Assembly: GCA_964247055.1 (NCBI GenBank)
Contig: OZ176054.1
Span: 2,728,001 to 2,792,000 of the forward strand
Length of the DNA: 64,000 nt
Direction: 5' to 3'
Origin: Paragordius varius
Lineage: Eukaryota; Animalia; Nematomorpha
Shown: positions 10,071 through 23,501 of the stretch, in pieces
How positions within the stretch are numbered: position 1 is the stretch's first letter
Layout of the letters: every line of letters begins with the position of its first letter
The notes under the pieces: generated by a model
Told to the model about the DNA's origin: nothing
The model's database searches: none
The model's input: only the letters and a program-made list of their open reading frames with translations
Translations under genes and position numbers: made by a program

Positions 10071-13000
10071 GGTGGTCCGAGATGACCGAACTCTTGTAAA
10101 AGAGATTCTCTAGCTTTGTGCAGCGAAAACGCACTCTCACCTCTGAGTTTGAGGTTCAGCTATAAGGGCATATAGTTTGTAAAAAAAACCTGCTAAATTA
10201 TTTAAAACCATGGAAATATTGAACAATTATAAGAATGAATGATATCACTATGAAACGACCTAAAAACATCACAGATATATTAAAATCTATGTTAATGAAA
10301 ATTTTTAATAACAATATTATTATTTCTACTAATAAAAATTATAATAATATATATACAAATTAAAAATGGGACCATCCAACAAACAACACCAAAGTTAAAC
10401 CAAAATATAGAAACTATAATAAGATAAATATAAATAATTCCATCCCTAAGCGTCTCAAAATTGGCACTTGGAATGTTGGTACTATGAACGAAAAACTATG
10501 GATGGTTTTAGACACAATCGCAAAATTTGGCGTAGATATATGCTGCCTCCAAGAAACAAGATATAAAACATCAGGTCTAAAAAATTTAAAAGGCTTTACA
10601 TTATTTTTTACCGAGGTAAAACAATCTCAAGCTGGAGTTGCAATAATAATATAAAATGAGCACAGAGATAACATTCTTCAAATTACTAGACACAGCGACA
10701 GAATTATACAAATCAGATTGTTAATACAAAATTCAATATACAATATAATCTCATTGTACGCGCCTCAACGTGGCCTTCCCGACGTATTAAAGAGGCTTTC
10801 TGGATCCAATTGCAAAACATCTCATTCAAAATTCCTACATCCGACAAAATCATTATAGCTGGCGATTTCAACGCCCATATTGGCAGCAACGAAGGATTCA
10901 AAGGATTGCATGGTGGTTATAGCTTTGGCTTAAGAGATAAAGAAGGAGAAACTCTGCTCGAATTTTGCTCATCTATACAACTCCATATTGCTAATACCCT
11001 TTTCACCAAAAAGGACAGCAAACTGATTACCTATACATCCGGCTCACAAAAATCAACAATCGATTATATATTAACAGGTGAAAACCTGAGGCATCTGATT
11101 CAAAATACAACTACATATAATGCGGATACACAACACAAATTACTTGTAAGTACATTAAAATTAAAAAAATTCAAACCTACACCACAACCATTCCAACCCA
11201 AAATAAATACCTCCAAAATAAAACACATAAAAATAAATAATAATTTTGTTAGTAGTACAACAAACGAAATAAAAATGGATTTTTAATCAGTAGAGGAAGG
11301 ATGGAAAAACTACAAACAAACGATAATGAATAATGCTGAAAAATGGTGTGGAAGGATGGTGGTGGGATGACAGTGTGAACCCTTACTCCTGAGAAAAAAC
11401 GAGCTGCATAAAAAATGGAAGAAATCAAAAAATAATAAAGATTAAATCATATATAATCAATATAAAAAACTGGTATACAAAGCTATTATGGATTTAAAAA
11501 ATAAACGTAGTATGGAAATGGCGGACGAGCTGGAAAAGGACATAAATAATATGACTTTAGAAAAATCAAAACCAAAAGGATATTAAAAATATGTGTTGCG
11601 TTAAAGATGAAAAACATAATATTCTTATCAATCCAAACGACATAATAAACAGATGGGAAAAATTTATGAAAACTAAATTTAACCCCCCTGAATCTAAGTT
11701 TACTACACATGAAAATCCTGTCATACAAGGTCCCATTCAGGAATTCACTCCAGAAGAAATAGCAATAGTAATGAAAAACATTAAATCTAACAAAGCCACT
11801 GGGCCCTCTGAGATCTCTGCAGATTTAATGAAGGCCACACCGATAACTGTTAAATTTTTGGCAGAGCTGTTTAATTTGGTATACAAAAACAACACAATAC
11901 CAACCGATTGGGACAAAAGCTACATTTACCCCGTTTATAAAAATAAAGGAGATACCGTTGATTGCTCCAATTATCGCCCACTAAAACTTTTGGAACACGG
12001 TATGAAAGTCTTTGAAACAGTGATCAAAAATAGAATTAAAAATATAACAATAAATAAAAATCAATTTGCTTTTCAAGAAGGTAAAAGCACATCGGAACCC
12101 ATTTTTATTTTAAATCGCCTACAAGAAAAATACCTAGCAAAAGGTCAAAAGCTGTTCCACATCTTTATAGATCTGGAAAGAGCGTTTGACACTATACCCA
12201 GACACCTCATAATTGAGGCATTAAGGTATCAAAAAATCGAAGAATATTTAATAAAATTAATAATGCTCCTGTATGAACATGCAAGCTGCGTTAAAACACC
12301 AGTCGGAAACACAAATTATTTTAATATTAATATAGGCCTCCATCAGGGCTCAACTCTAAGCCCATTACTGTTTATAATAATAATGGATTTATAAGCAGAG
12401 ACTTTGCAGCTGTTCCACCATGGAACATGCTGTACGCCGACGATTTGGTTATAACAGCAAAAACAGCACATGAACTGAAAATTTTATACCTCAAATGGAA
12501 TACCTGTTTAAAAAACATGGGCTAAAAATAAACATAGAAAAGACGAAGGTAATGATCACAGGAGATGAAAAAGAACCGTAAAATACCCTTGCTCCATTTG
12601 TTACAAAGATGTTAAAACAAATTCTATTCTATGTACATCGTGTAAAATGTGGGTCCATAAAAAATGCTCCAACTTGAAAGGAAAATTAATTGACAATAAA
12701 AATTTTGAATGCCAAAGCTGTATATCAGGGAAACCAAACATCCCTAAGTCAAGGGAGTTTAGTATCGAAGATTGTAGGTTTGAAATCGTCAACGATTTTA
12801 CCTATTTAGGTAATATCAGTAATAATAATGGGGACCCTCAAACAACCATATCACATAGAATCACTCGGCTGGGCAAAATTTAACCAACTCAAATATGTAT
12901 TGACACATAAAGACATAACCGAAAAAAATAAAATCAAAATGTATAAAGTGGGTGTCCGCCCTACCCTTACCTACTCCTGCGAAACCTGGGCAATCACAAA

Positions 13001-13332
13001 AACATTAGAATCGAGATTAAAAAGAACGGAAGACAAAATGCTAAAATATATGATGATAAATTCTACCATTGAACTAGAACCAATAACAGCTTTTATCAGA
13101 ACAAATAGACTTCGTTATTTTGGACACATAGACAGATCCAGTATAGACTCACATGCAAAGGAAATTCTTGATTTACAGATTTCTGCCCCCAACCGTAAAG
13201 GTAGGCCTAAAATAACTTGGACTCAAATCATAGAAAATTCCTGAACATACCTCGAAACGCAACAAATGATAGAGACATATATCGTAAATTAATCCATGGA
13301 TCCCAATAACTGGGCCAAACCAATAATACAAT
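10004..13332 (+). mobile_element. Full-length but frameshifted RTE-clade LINE (APE endonuclease, RT, PHD-like finger), 3329 bp
   Basis: APE motifs IGTWNV, ICCLQET, YAPQ, AGDFNAHIG, IDYIL. RT motifs KATGP, NYRPLK, FIDLERAFD, GLHQGSTLSP, LYADD. RYFGHI..KGRPKITW at the C-terminus and a CAATA-type tail. 13-bp TSD AATCAAACAGGGC at 9991-10003 and 13333-13345. Confidence 0.92.
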
Positions 13333-13650
13333 AATCAAACAGGGCCCAGGCCTATCGACGTAATCTATTATTTATGACTTTCGACAAGTCTCTTTAAAAA
13401 AAAATTACAAAGCTTTATGATCCGTATTACCTGTAAAATTTTTCCCATATAAATACTTATGAAATTTATTAACAGCAAATATTTCGGCTTCCATATCAAA
13501 AATAGAGACTTGCTCAGTTTTAGACAATGTACGTAATATATAAGCAATAGAAAATTCTTTGTCATTAGTTGATTGAAACATAACAGCCCCCATACCATAG
13601 TCGGATGCATCGGTTTTAATATAATTGGATCCTTATTATTGTATATTTGA
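13333..13650 (-). mobile_element. Gypsy copy A, RNase H portion (upstream of the LINE insertion)
   Basis: TDASDYGMGAVMFQ..IAY..RTLSKTE..AVNKFHKYLYGK.F...TDHKAL. It joins across the LINE TSD to the connection domain (RLRR*AWALFDCDF). Confidence 0.8.
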
Positions 13651-14289
13651 AAAGACATTTTTGGTGTAATTATTTATTTATTTTAAAAAATATCACATTA
13701 TATTTCGAAATACAGACGCTGTATTTCTTATTGTTGTGGTGCTTTACACAAACATTAATATAATTGTCTTGTGGAAATAAAAATATACAATATTGTCTAC
13801 TAACTCGTTCATATTTTCATTAAAAGTATTAAGATACCAACTGCTTGCAAATTTCTTTCTTCATATTTTCGCGATGAACAAGCTTCTACTCCAGGTTAGG
13901 TGGAGCAACTAATCTTTGATCAAAACAAAAGCCAAACATAGCTGTTTCCATATATGCAACCTTAAAACATAAAGATTCATCACTGTTGAGATCATGTGCA
14001 ATGGAAAAGGGAAAAGGGGAAATGATGATCACAACCCTCATACATAAAGCGCAAACAATGACATAATGGTAGTTTTGCAAAAGGCTATTTAAAAAGATGA
14101 TCCTAATTGTACCTTCAATAAATATGCTATGTTCTTGCCAGAAAATGCATTCGGTGAGCTTTTTCAATGATCCTACCTTTAGAGGAAAAAAAGACAATTG
14201 TTAGAATGCAAATAATAAAATTATTGAATATAATGAATGGTTGAAAGAGCGATATGCTGAGGGAGTGATGATGGCAGTCGTAGGCGATA

Positions 14290-15501
14290 CAAATATCGGG
14301 GTAACAAAATTATATCGCGGATACTTTATCTAAAATACCGATTTGAGACTACTCCAATTCGAGAGCCCGATGCGGTAAAATTATTCGGAAAATCAATTTG
14401 AGTTATCTGAATTTGTCGAAAATCGAAATAGAAACAATAACAAATCCTATAGTATGCTTAAGAGAGGCAATTTTCCTCAATATTTTAATTTAAATTCCAG
14501 TGAAGTTGAATATGAAAACGAAATAGTGCTTCGTGGTGGCAAAACAAAAGCTTACAGAAAGATGTTTTTAATATTTTCCATAAGCGACATTCGGGAATCG
14601 AAGGTATGGAATCTTTAAGTGGAATTCAATAAATTCTGACATTGGAGAAAAATCAAATCGTGTAGCTTGCCGTATATATAGTGACAGTAAGAAAGTTTGC
14701 GGTAATTGGTCAGAAACCAATTGTCCTTGAGAGCGAATCTTATCGATATAACAGGTCCCTTGGACGGAAGATATTAGCTAGTATACGTTTTCAAAATGGT
14801 GTGAAGTTGTCTTTCTTAACAAGGTCACATCCTCAACTGTTATAAATAGTTTAAACAATATTTTTGATCGGTTTGAACCACATATTTCTTTAGTATTTGA
14901 TAACGGATCACAATTTTCGTCAGAATTCAAAGAATATTGTTTGAAACTAAATATTATGCATTATTTCACCCTACGACCCTCAATCTAATGGGTTAAGGGA
15001 AAAGACGATTCGGTCAATAAAGAAAAACTATTGGACTGAAAGAACAACTGCAAATCCTTAAGATTTGACGATGCTAAATGTTTTTTTGGCCTATCGCCAG
15101 GCGTAACATTCGTCGGTCAAGGAATGTCCCAAGAAAGTTATTTTTGGGCGGGAAGCCCAGGGGAATAATTTATTTTTCGATCCGAAAGGGATCAGTAGAT
15201 TTTGAAAAAAATTCATCCGCAGCAAGCTGCATGGATTCGGAATGATAAGACCAGAGGTTGACGAAAATGAGTAGTTGTTCGCCAGACATCGCCCCACATC
15301 GTCTGGTTTTCGATGATCGAGGGAGTGTCTTAAACACATCTCGCTGTGCGCCAATCTGGTTTGTGAGGTAGATGTTAGTAGGTTGTGTTTAGTTATAATT
15401 TTTTATATCACAAAAATACAATAGACTTTCGAATTGTTTTATTCTCATTATTGTGTTGTATTTGTAGTTTTAATAAATTTAAACCTTAATATTTATCATC
15501 A
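14290..15501 (+). mobile_element. Degenerate Gypsy copy B (connection, integrase, PPT, probable short 3' LTR 15373-15501), inverted relative to copy A
   Basis: Nucleotide-level colinearity with the reverse complement of 8600-9990. ADTLSKIP, DITGP, DNGSQF and PQSNG remnants. The purine tract is followed by TG...CA-bounded DNA containing AATAAA. Confidence 0.7.
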
Positions 15502-16817
15502 GAGCATTTTCAGAAACTTTCAAAGCTAACATTTTACTTTTTTATTAATTCCTAGAAGGATATTTTTAAAATACTTGATTTTCTCACCCAAATTCCCCTA
15601 TTCATATATTATAAATTAAGTTCTAACTATTTGTACGGATTCTCGACAAACAATTTGTCGATTTTTTTATGATAATTTGAGGTGGTCGTTTTCTACCCCC
15701 TAGCTTAAAGTCGTATATATTAATTGAAATTAAATTTTCAAACCCTCTTCTCCAGTATTGGATAAAATCTTTAGGTCTATTTATTTCCATAGTGCCCAAT
15801 TCGGATTGATCCGAATTCGCTAGTAGGATGTTATTAGAAAGCCTTTCAAAGTTAATTATTTACATCTTTTAAACATAATATACATTTATCCTGTCGTAGT
15901 AGCCATTAAAAAAATCAAAAAGAAATAAAATTGGGGCGAAAAAGTTTGAATCAGAGTTTTACAATTTTGGATTTTTCAAACATTGTGTTATGCGCCAAAA
16001 AGGTTAAAAAAGTATATTAAATTTGCCCTATACTAAAAGCCCAAAATGTCATTAAGTGTTAAAATTTTACGTTTTCTAAAATATTTTCGTTTTCAATACT
16101 TAGGTACATGGCTTTCCCCAGACTTATTTAAAGCAAAATGGTTTATCCTAAGGATTTAAACAATATAACTAATGGTAAATTTAAATTCAAAGTTTTCAAA
16201 ATTAGTCTAACCCCGACACCTTTTCTCTCAAAATTGTAATATTAAATTAAACTTGAGACCGAATTGAATAAATTATTTCAAAAACCGGGATGTTTTATAT
16301 TAAACTAGAAAAGTTTACACATATAATGTGCGCCAAATTTGCGAAATTTAGATATAAGCGATTACGACAAAGGTGGAAACAATTAAATAAAATGTCTCAT
16401 AAGCCCCAAAACCATTACCCCTTCGAGATTCCCTGTATTTTCTATTAAAATATGGATATATCGGGATAATTTTATGTCTGATTTTTGATTAGACTCATAA
16501 TAAATATTTCTAATTAAATTTTTTATTATAAAATTACCGTCATTCAAAATCGTTAAAATTAAAAGATATCATGTCTTCAAGTGGTAAATAATTGTATTTT
16601 GAACTATACTGCCATAATTTTTTTTAAATAATGCATTTTAATAACTTTTCAAGGAAAAGAATCGAGTAAATCCGTCTGTATACGTACAGCATTATCCACA
16701 AAAATTATTTTGTTATATGAGATGTGTTATATTTACAAACATAAAAATATTAGATAAATATTTAATCACAGATTTATTAAATAAAATGTCACATTTAAGA
16801 GATATAAATAAATGAGA

Positions 16818-18914
16818 TTATTCCATAAATGATGGTTCCTCCACCAAAACATGTCTTTTGGCCAGGTTTTTATTGTTACAATTATTATTAGATGATGGCT
16901 GAGTTTTTCCTTGTAAATTTATAGTTGTGGTCTCAGTTGTTAATACAGATTGGTCATTAGAGCCTAATAAGATACTTTGCTTATCGTATAAATTTTGGTT
17001 TTTACAGTTCCCTTCGGGTTTTATATTATTGTTTGCATTATTCTGATTATACTGACGTCTTTTAAGTGATGTTAGCGCTTTTTTACAAGGCATGATACAA
17101 ACGGAGACTCCTTTAAACATTTCCTGGAAAGCAAGTCGAAAGTTTTCACTTAAGAAGGCATACAAAATGGGATTGACACATGAATTGGCATATGCAAAGC
17201 AATATATGGCTAGAGAAAGGTACATTACAGGTCTTGGTAGGGGAGAATCAACATTGCGATTTTGTCGAGCACGAAGTACAAGTTGCAAAATCCAATACGG
17301 TGTCCAACACAATATGTAAATGGCTATAATAGTTAAAACCATGTGAGTTACACGCTTTATATTTTTTCTCTTTCTTTCGGCAAATGTTGTGTTGATGGGC
17401 GGTTGCGGTTGGGAAGGCGTGGATAGAGGTTGTTCTTTTGAAGGCATTTTGACTATCTTGCATGCGTTCAGGAGTTTTGAAGAAGGCACAGTGTTGATTT
17501 TTTCAGCAGTTTTTGGAGGAGTTGGGGGACTTGGAGTTTGTAGATTTATTTGTATCATTGATGTATTATTGTTGTTGTTGGGTTCGAATTTAGACAACAT
17601 ATTTTTCCCAATATATGATGGATTTCGTTTAGTGGTTATAGATTTGTCTTTTTTTATAACATTATCGCCACCGTCGTTATTTTCTATATCGTAATCATTG
17701 TCGTAATCATCAACGCTGATGTTTACAATATTATGAATACTTTGTTTAGCAGCGAATTCCTGTGGAATGGTTAACTTTTTGCCAGTCATAAGATCCCCAT
17801 GATTGGTATTATTGTCTGAATCTATAAGGGATACGTTTTCCTGCCTTTTTATAGGTGATTTAAGTGGATTGCCTTTTGCGGGTGATAGCGAATTAGATGA
17901 GTCTAAATTTTCTTTAGTGACAAAAATGGAACTTAAGCGATCACCAATTCTATGTTGTGCTTTGACAATGGACGGTAACAGACTTTGTAAAACACCTGTA
18001 TGGCTGCTCATTTCGTCAGGCCCATCGGTGTAAGACAATTCAATGGTACTAGGGATCGGTGTTTTGAGACTTTTTTGATCCTTGTGTTTTATTTTACGCC
18101 ATTCTTTGGGACCTGTGGATCTTAGTTTCATAATGACTAGGGAATAAAAAATGACAGTTAAAAGTACTGGAATGCCATATGCAAAAACAAATGTATACAG
18201 TGTGAATATGGTAGCTAAATCGAGTCTTTTGCGTTTACCCCGTCGGAGCCAAAATCCTGATCTAACCTTATCTTCCTCCTCTGGCCATATAAGGTGACAT
18301 GTTTGAATGGTGCGATTTGAGTTTAGTGTTATCTCGACCATGTTTGCATGTTTCATGATAGGTATCATAATAAGGGCCGAAAAACACCAAATAGCCAAAC
18401 ATATTAGTTTAGCGGTTACCGGTCTGCGTCTATAGCTTCGGGCTAAGCTATTTGTCGCAAGGCACACGGCTACGAATCTATCTGCCGACAAAATCATGTA
18501 GAAAACGCTACTAACGAATTGATTAACATTGGCTGACACGTAGTAGGCTTTACACATAAACGGACCGAACAACCATTGACCTGAAACCATGGTTGTAATG
18601 ATTAAAGGTATCCCTATCAAAAAAAGTACATCAGCCGTAGCCAGATTTAAAATGTACATGTTTGTCACTGTACGCATTTTGGGGTACCGAAGGATGGCAT
18701 AAATGACACAACAATTACCGAAAAGCCCTATGAGACATACAATTATGTACACTGTCATAACAAGTACGGTTGATCGATTAAGCGAATTCCTGCTGGGTGT
18801 GGGAGCAGGCGTACTTGATTGGAGATTATCAGTTGTATCACTTACACTATTTAATACTGTTGAAACATTAACCAAAAGGGTAACAAGTTTTGAGTTTGGG
18901 GAAAGGGTTGACAT
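16818..18914 (-). CDS. Class A neuropeptide GPCR of the allatostatin-C/somatostatin receptor family, single coding exon, 698 aa
   Basis: Seven hydrophobic segments with GN..V, KMRTVTNMYILNLATAD, WLFG.FMCK, NQFVSS..LSADRF, CWTPYW and NSCVNPILYAFLSENFR. Confidence 0.88.
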   Translation of the reverse strand: MSTLSPNSKLVTLLVNVSTVLNSVSDTTDNLQSSTPAPTPSRNSLNRSTVLVMTVYIIVCLIGLFGNCCVIYAILRYPKMRTVTNMYILNLATADVLFLIGIPLIITTMVSGQWLFGPFMCKAYYVSANVNQFVSSVFYMILSADRFVAVCLATNSLARSYRRRPVTAKLICLAIWCFSALIMIPIMKHANMVEITLNSNRTIQTCHLIWPEEEDKVRSGFWLRRGKRKRLDLATIFTLYTFVFAYGIPVLLTVIFYSLVIMKLRSTGPKEWRKIKHKDQKSLKTPIPSTIELSYTDGPDEMSSHTGVLQSLLPSIVKAQHRIGDRLSSIFVTKENLDSSNSLSPAKGNPLKSPIKRQENVSLIDSDNNTNHGDLMTGKKLTIPQEFAAKQSIHNIVNISVDDYDNDYDIENNDGGDNVIKKDKSITTKRNPSYIGKNMLSKFEPNNNNNTSMIQINLQTPSPPTPPKTAEKINTVPSSKLLNACKIVKMPSKEQPLSTPSQPQPPINTTFAERKRKNIKRVTHMVLTIIAIYILCWTPYWILQLVLRARQNRNVDSPLPRPVMYLSLAIYCFAYANSCVNPILYAFLSENFRLAFQEMFKGVSVCIMPCKKALTSLKRRQYNQNNANNNIKPEGNCKNQNLYDKQSILLGSNDQSVLTTETTTINLQGKTQPSSNNNCNNKNLAKRHVLVEEPSFME

Positions 18915-21338
18915 TGTGGTTATCCCCTCTTAAATTCTATATTTCTAGTATAAAGGTATATGTTTGCACTAGTTAACTAGAACATTCCTCTAAAAAGCAA
19001 ACTACAGATATATACATCATGACTCGTAAAATGTATTTGGATGATACATTCATTCTATTGTTGCAAATAGGTGTTTACGAAATTGTGCATATCCTTGCTT
19101 AATCCTTTTCAATGTAGATGGAGATCACAACTATATACACCACATCATTAGTATAAAAGCAATTTTTATAGATGCGTTCGTAGATATTTTGTATACATTA
19201 TGGATTAAACAAAACTTATCTTGATATTGAATGATTAGATGTGGTAGTAGATTGATTGTTTTATCGACATAGCCTTTTCTAGGATATAAGTATGGTTTAC
19301 GCGGAGATTATCTAAAAATAATCACAAGTATTAATAATCTAAAATAATTTATGTTGACACAAAAACGGAAAAAGAATTAAGGAATCGTAAAAATATTTAT
19401 TGTTTTGTCATCACTTTTGCACATTAACCGTTTGCAGTTCAAAGAGGAAATGAGTATTCTCTATATATGATGAAATATGTTTGGTCAAATCCCTTATTTA
19501 TTTTATAAATATTGCCGTTCTTATATCCATAACATAATAACACTTACAATATAAGTATATTAATATGAATTATTATACCTTTGGCGGGAGATGTTAAAAG
19601 GAGATGGCAAAGTTTAACCATTTTAAGTAAATTCACGACATATTAATTAAAATTATTCAAATTATGCAAATTAAGTTTCTTTCAATCATCGCGCCAAAAT
19701 AAATTTTTTTCTTTTTTAACCATTTTCTATATATCTATGCTATACGGTTTGAAAGTTTTAAATATTTTGTCATAGTATATAAAAGACAAATTAGAGGGAA
19801 AAAGGATAATTAATATTCAGTAAGGAATATCCGTTTCAAATTGTTTACGAATAATAACCAAAAACTGCTAAATAAATTTACTGATGCATAAATTTATATA
19901 ATTAAACAATTTTTGAAAATTCCCATTTGTCAGATACCTTAAATGAAAAGGAGAACTGTTTGTTAGATATATCTCATCTGGGAATAATACTTCTTTTAGA
20001 CTCTTAAGTATGCCTACATCTCTTGTGTGCATGCCTCTTTTGCATAAATAATTTACTTTATGCAAAAAACAATTCCAGTTGATATACGATGACAAAATAT
20101 TTAAATTTTTTCACTACTAAATTTGGCATGATTAATAGAAACACTTTTTTGACAAAAAAGTTTTTTTAGAAACAAAAAGTCTTCAAGCATGCTTACTCTT
20201 AAGATTTTTGGTTATAAATATTATAAACTTCTTTGAGTAAAATGTGTGGGAAAATCCAACCATACATCCATCCAAATTAAAAATAAAATTAATCCATCAA
20301 AATATTTATTTATTTAAGTTTGAAGAAGAGACATGTGTGAAATTTATTATCTAGTCTGCTCTACATTAGCAAACAATTTTAATTAAAAAAAGTTTTTTTA
20401 TAATAAAAATATAAATCTTAGAGTAGGTTTACCAACTGACGTACACTCAAATGAATCCAAGACAATTAAAGTTATTGTTATTTTAAATAATTAAATTTGT
20501 GTTTTCAAGGTTCCCTTTCTTTATAAACTTTATAATTTAAAATTTATTGCCTTCAATAATTTTACAATCTTTAAAATTTTGTTCTCTACACCTTACATTT
20601 TCAAAATCTTTCATAAATTAAAGCGCGTTGATGCTTTCATGTATTATCCGGTAATTTAAAATCAAAGTCCTTACCCTCAAAAGTAAAGAAAAAACTATAT
20701 AAATTCACTGAAAAACCACTTTTACAACCAACTTTTTTGTATGAAAACTTTAAAAACTTATTGAGTGCTTAAAATTTGTAAAACACTTTAATTTTTTAGG
20801 CTAGATATATTTTGCGATCTTTCCATCCCAGGTATCTAAAATTGCAAAAACCATCATATTACATATTTTTCCAAAACATAGGGCTGTGTGAATGAGCCGT
20901 TGATCCAATTTAAATTCGGTTATGTAAATTAACCGAATAGAGTGACTTCCATATTTTCCTCCTATTTTTTGTGAAGTTTCGAAATAGCTACAAAATAGTG
21001 GCTTAAAATTTTCCATGTCATCTTTTGTGTTTCAAAACATTTTGTATTTCTATATAGGCTGTCTCGATCACCGAAAGCCTAGTACAATGCTCATTCACAT
21101 AAACATAAAATTTATGGTTTTACAGATTTAGAGATGATCATCAGCAATAAACAGCTGAACTCAATAAATGTCCGAAATGTGCTGTCAGTTCTATGTATTT
21201 TTAAATAGGATTTATTTTTTTATATCACAAAGTTAATTTTTAAAATGCGCCTATTAAGACAGAGGTATATTTTTAAATTTGCAATATCATCGGTTTTTTA
21301 ATAATTCTAGAAATCAAAAACTACAAAATGGTATAGAG

Positions 21339-21634
21339 CAGGGATGTCCAATATGCTTTCAAAAAATACCAAATGCAAAATCTAATTTAAATAATGATAT
21401 TTACAAGATGTAGTATGTTAAATAGCTATTACTAAACGATTTTTGTATACGACTTTCTAAATTTTGGCAATGAAACAGCATTATTAAAATAAATAGTGTA
21501 GTTATATTGTATACGCATATTTTTTTGTCTTATTTGAAATTAAAAAAATATCACCCATATATTTTTCGATTACTGCCCATGGATTTTTTGAGTAAAAAAT
21601 GCGACCGCAAAGCTATTTGTGTTGGGCACCCCTG
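21339..21634. mobile_element. hAT-type MITE, CAGGG(A/G)TGTCCAA family
   Basis: Ends CAGGGATGTCCAATA / TGTTGGGCACCCCTG. Flanks GTATAGAG / ATATAGAC (6 of 8, eroded TSD). Related ends at 25527-25725, near 46739 and 58124-58396. Confidence 0.6.
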
Positions 21635-23457
21635 ATATAGACTTAAAATGGTCAAATATAATTTAGATGTAATAAAATTTAAACATATATGATATTTTGG
21701 ATGTCATTCTATAAGATGCCATACACAACTTTAATTAAAATATTATAACACTCATTTCTTAAAGAAAGTCAAAATTATGAAATATATAAAGAATGTATGA
21801 TAAATCCGAATATCCTATTTCATAACTAAATTGCTTGATTAAGCATAGTTTTTGTAAATATTTACACAGAAAATTTTCATTTACACTCTAGTAGTAGCTA
21901 AATAAAAAAACCAATAAAGTATCAAAATAATAGTTTTTTGCGAATTCATAAAAGAATTAAAATATGAGGTAAAAAGTATTTAATTATATTTTTTGTTTTA
22001 TAATTCATGATGAGATATAGCGAGCAATACAAGACAAAATTTTAATTATATTTTAATTTAGTGTAAGCAGTATGAGGTTTAGTAAGGATAATAATACGAA
22101 TACTCATTACTTTAAATTAAAATTTAATTGTATATGATTTATACGTTACAGTTTTTTGTTCTAAATATCTTTCTTTACCATTTGTGCATTTTATCTTAGC
22201 AAACACATTTTCAAAAAGCATTAACAGAATAGTTTAGAAACAGTGAGGATTTATAATCCTAAAATCCAGATCATGCACCCAGCATTAAAAAAATTACATA
22301 AATATATAAATATTTATTTATCAATTTTCGAGTGTTAACAAGAACAGTTCGGCACGGTTAAACATATATTTTAACGGGTTTAGAGATACAAAACATAATA
22401 AAAGAAAAATTAATTTATGCTTTCATATGAAGAAAAGCTAAAAAGAAATATTAGATTTCCCGCTTTTTTATTATCAATAAAATTCATGTAAAATCCGAAT
22501 TAATTATAAATGATTAAAAATATAAAAGGCCCGTAACAATCCTTAAAAAAATTAATATTAGGCCCGTTTTGATTTATAAACGATCCTTAAAAAGATTGAT
22601 TACAAATTTTTAAACGTCAAAATTATGAGTATTATCAATAAAATTATGTATATTAACTGTTGATCTATTAAAAATTACTGTTATACAACTTGCTTTACCA
22701 ACATGGCTTATAAATAAATATATCCAATTTCCAAAAAAAGTTTAACTGCTCTTGATATTAATATTTAGATTTTAATCTAGAGTGATAGAGGGTTGGGCTA
22801 TTCAGCCGAAGCAGTAAAAATGGAAACTTATGAAGAAATTTATGGAATAAACGGATTAATTAGTATTGAATATAGAAAAATATTTAGTAATTCTATAAAA
22901 AACAAACATCATCAATAAACAAATTGTTTAATTGTCTTAATACTAAAAATTTATAAATTTTTTAGTTTTACAAGATTGTATGTATTCAATTTAATACTTA
23001 TGTTATTTATTTAAAAACTGACTGTCATTTATACGAAAACGCATTTTTAACTTCAACCCTAACCCAAAATTTAGCTATAAAATTAATGATAATTACAAAA
23101 TATACTATAGTAAAGGGTAAACTAAATTTTAAATTTGAATTTTACTTGTCAGGTTTGGATTCATTAGATGTTAATATTCATATATTTTAAGAAAAATAAT
23201 CTCAAAGAATTTTATGACAAAAATATGTATTTATATGTATATTTAAATATGTTTGGGGGAAGGGAGAAAATAAAAATCACTTTAGAAAATTAAAATTAGG
23301 AGCCGTGATAATCAAAATAATAATACAATAAATATACTTAATTATAGTAATTACTTATTGTCATAATTTTCTGTTGTGGATAAAACAGGAGCAAAATAGG
23401 GAAAAGACAAAAAAATATGGGATATGGATTGTGAATTGTAATTTTTAGGAATTTTTG

Positions 23458-23460
<3 letters not shown>

Positions 23461-23498
<38 letters not shown>
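23461..23498. repeat. (TA)n microsatellite; similar tracts near 6380, 30818, 32568, 39961, 48582 and 62845
   Basis: Perfect TA dinucleotide run read directly. Confidence 0.95.

Positions 23499-23501
<3 letters not shown>

Noticed and set aside
15798-15817. Perfect short palindrome AATTCGGAT-TG-ATCCGAATT
   Set aside because: Single occurrence with a 2-nt loop and no associated feature; compatible with chance or TE debris.
17092-18933. Plus-strand ORFs overlapping the GPCR (17092, 17389, 17803, 18703)
   Set aside because: Antisense shadows of a long coding exon, with no recognisable motifs.
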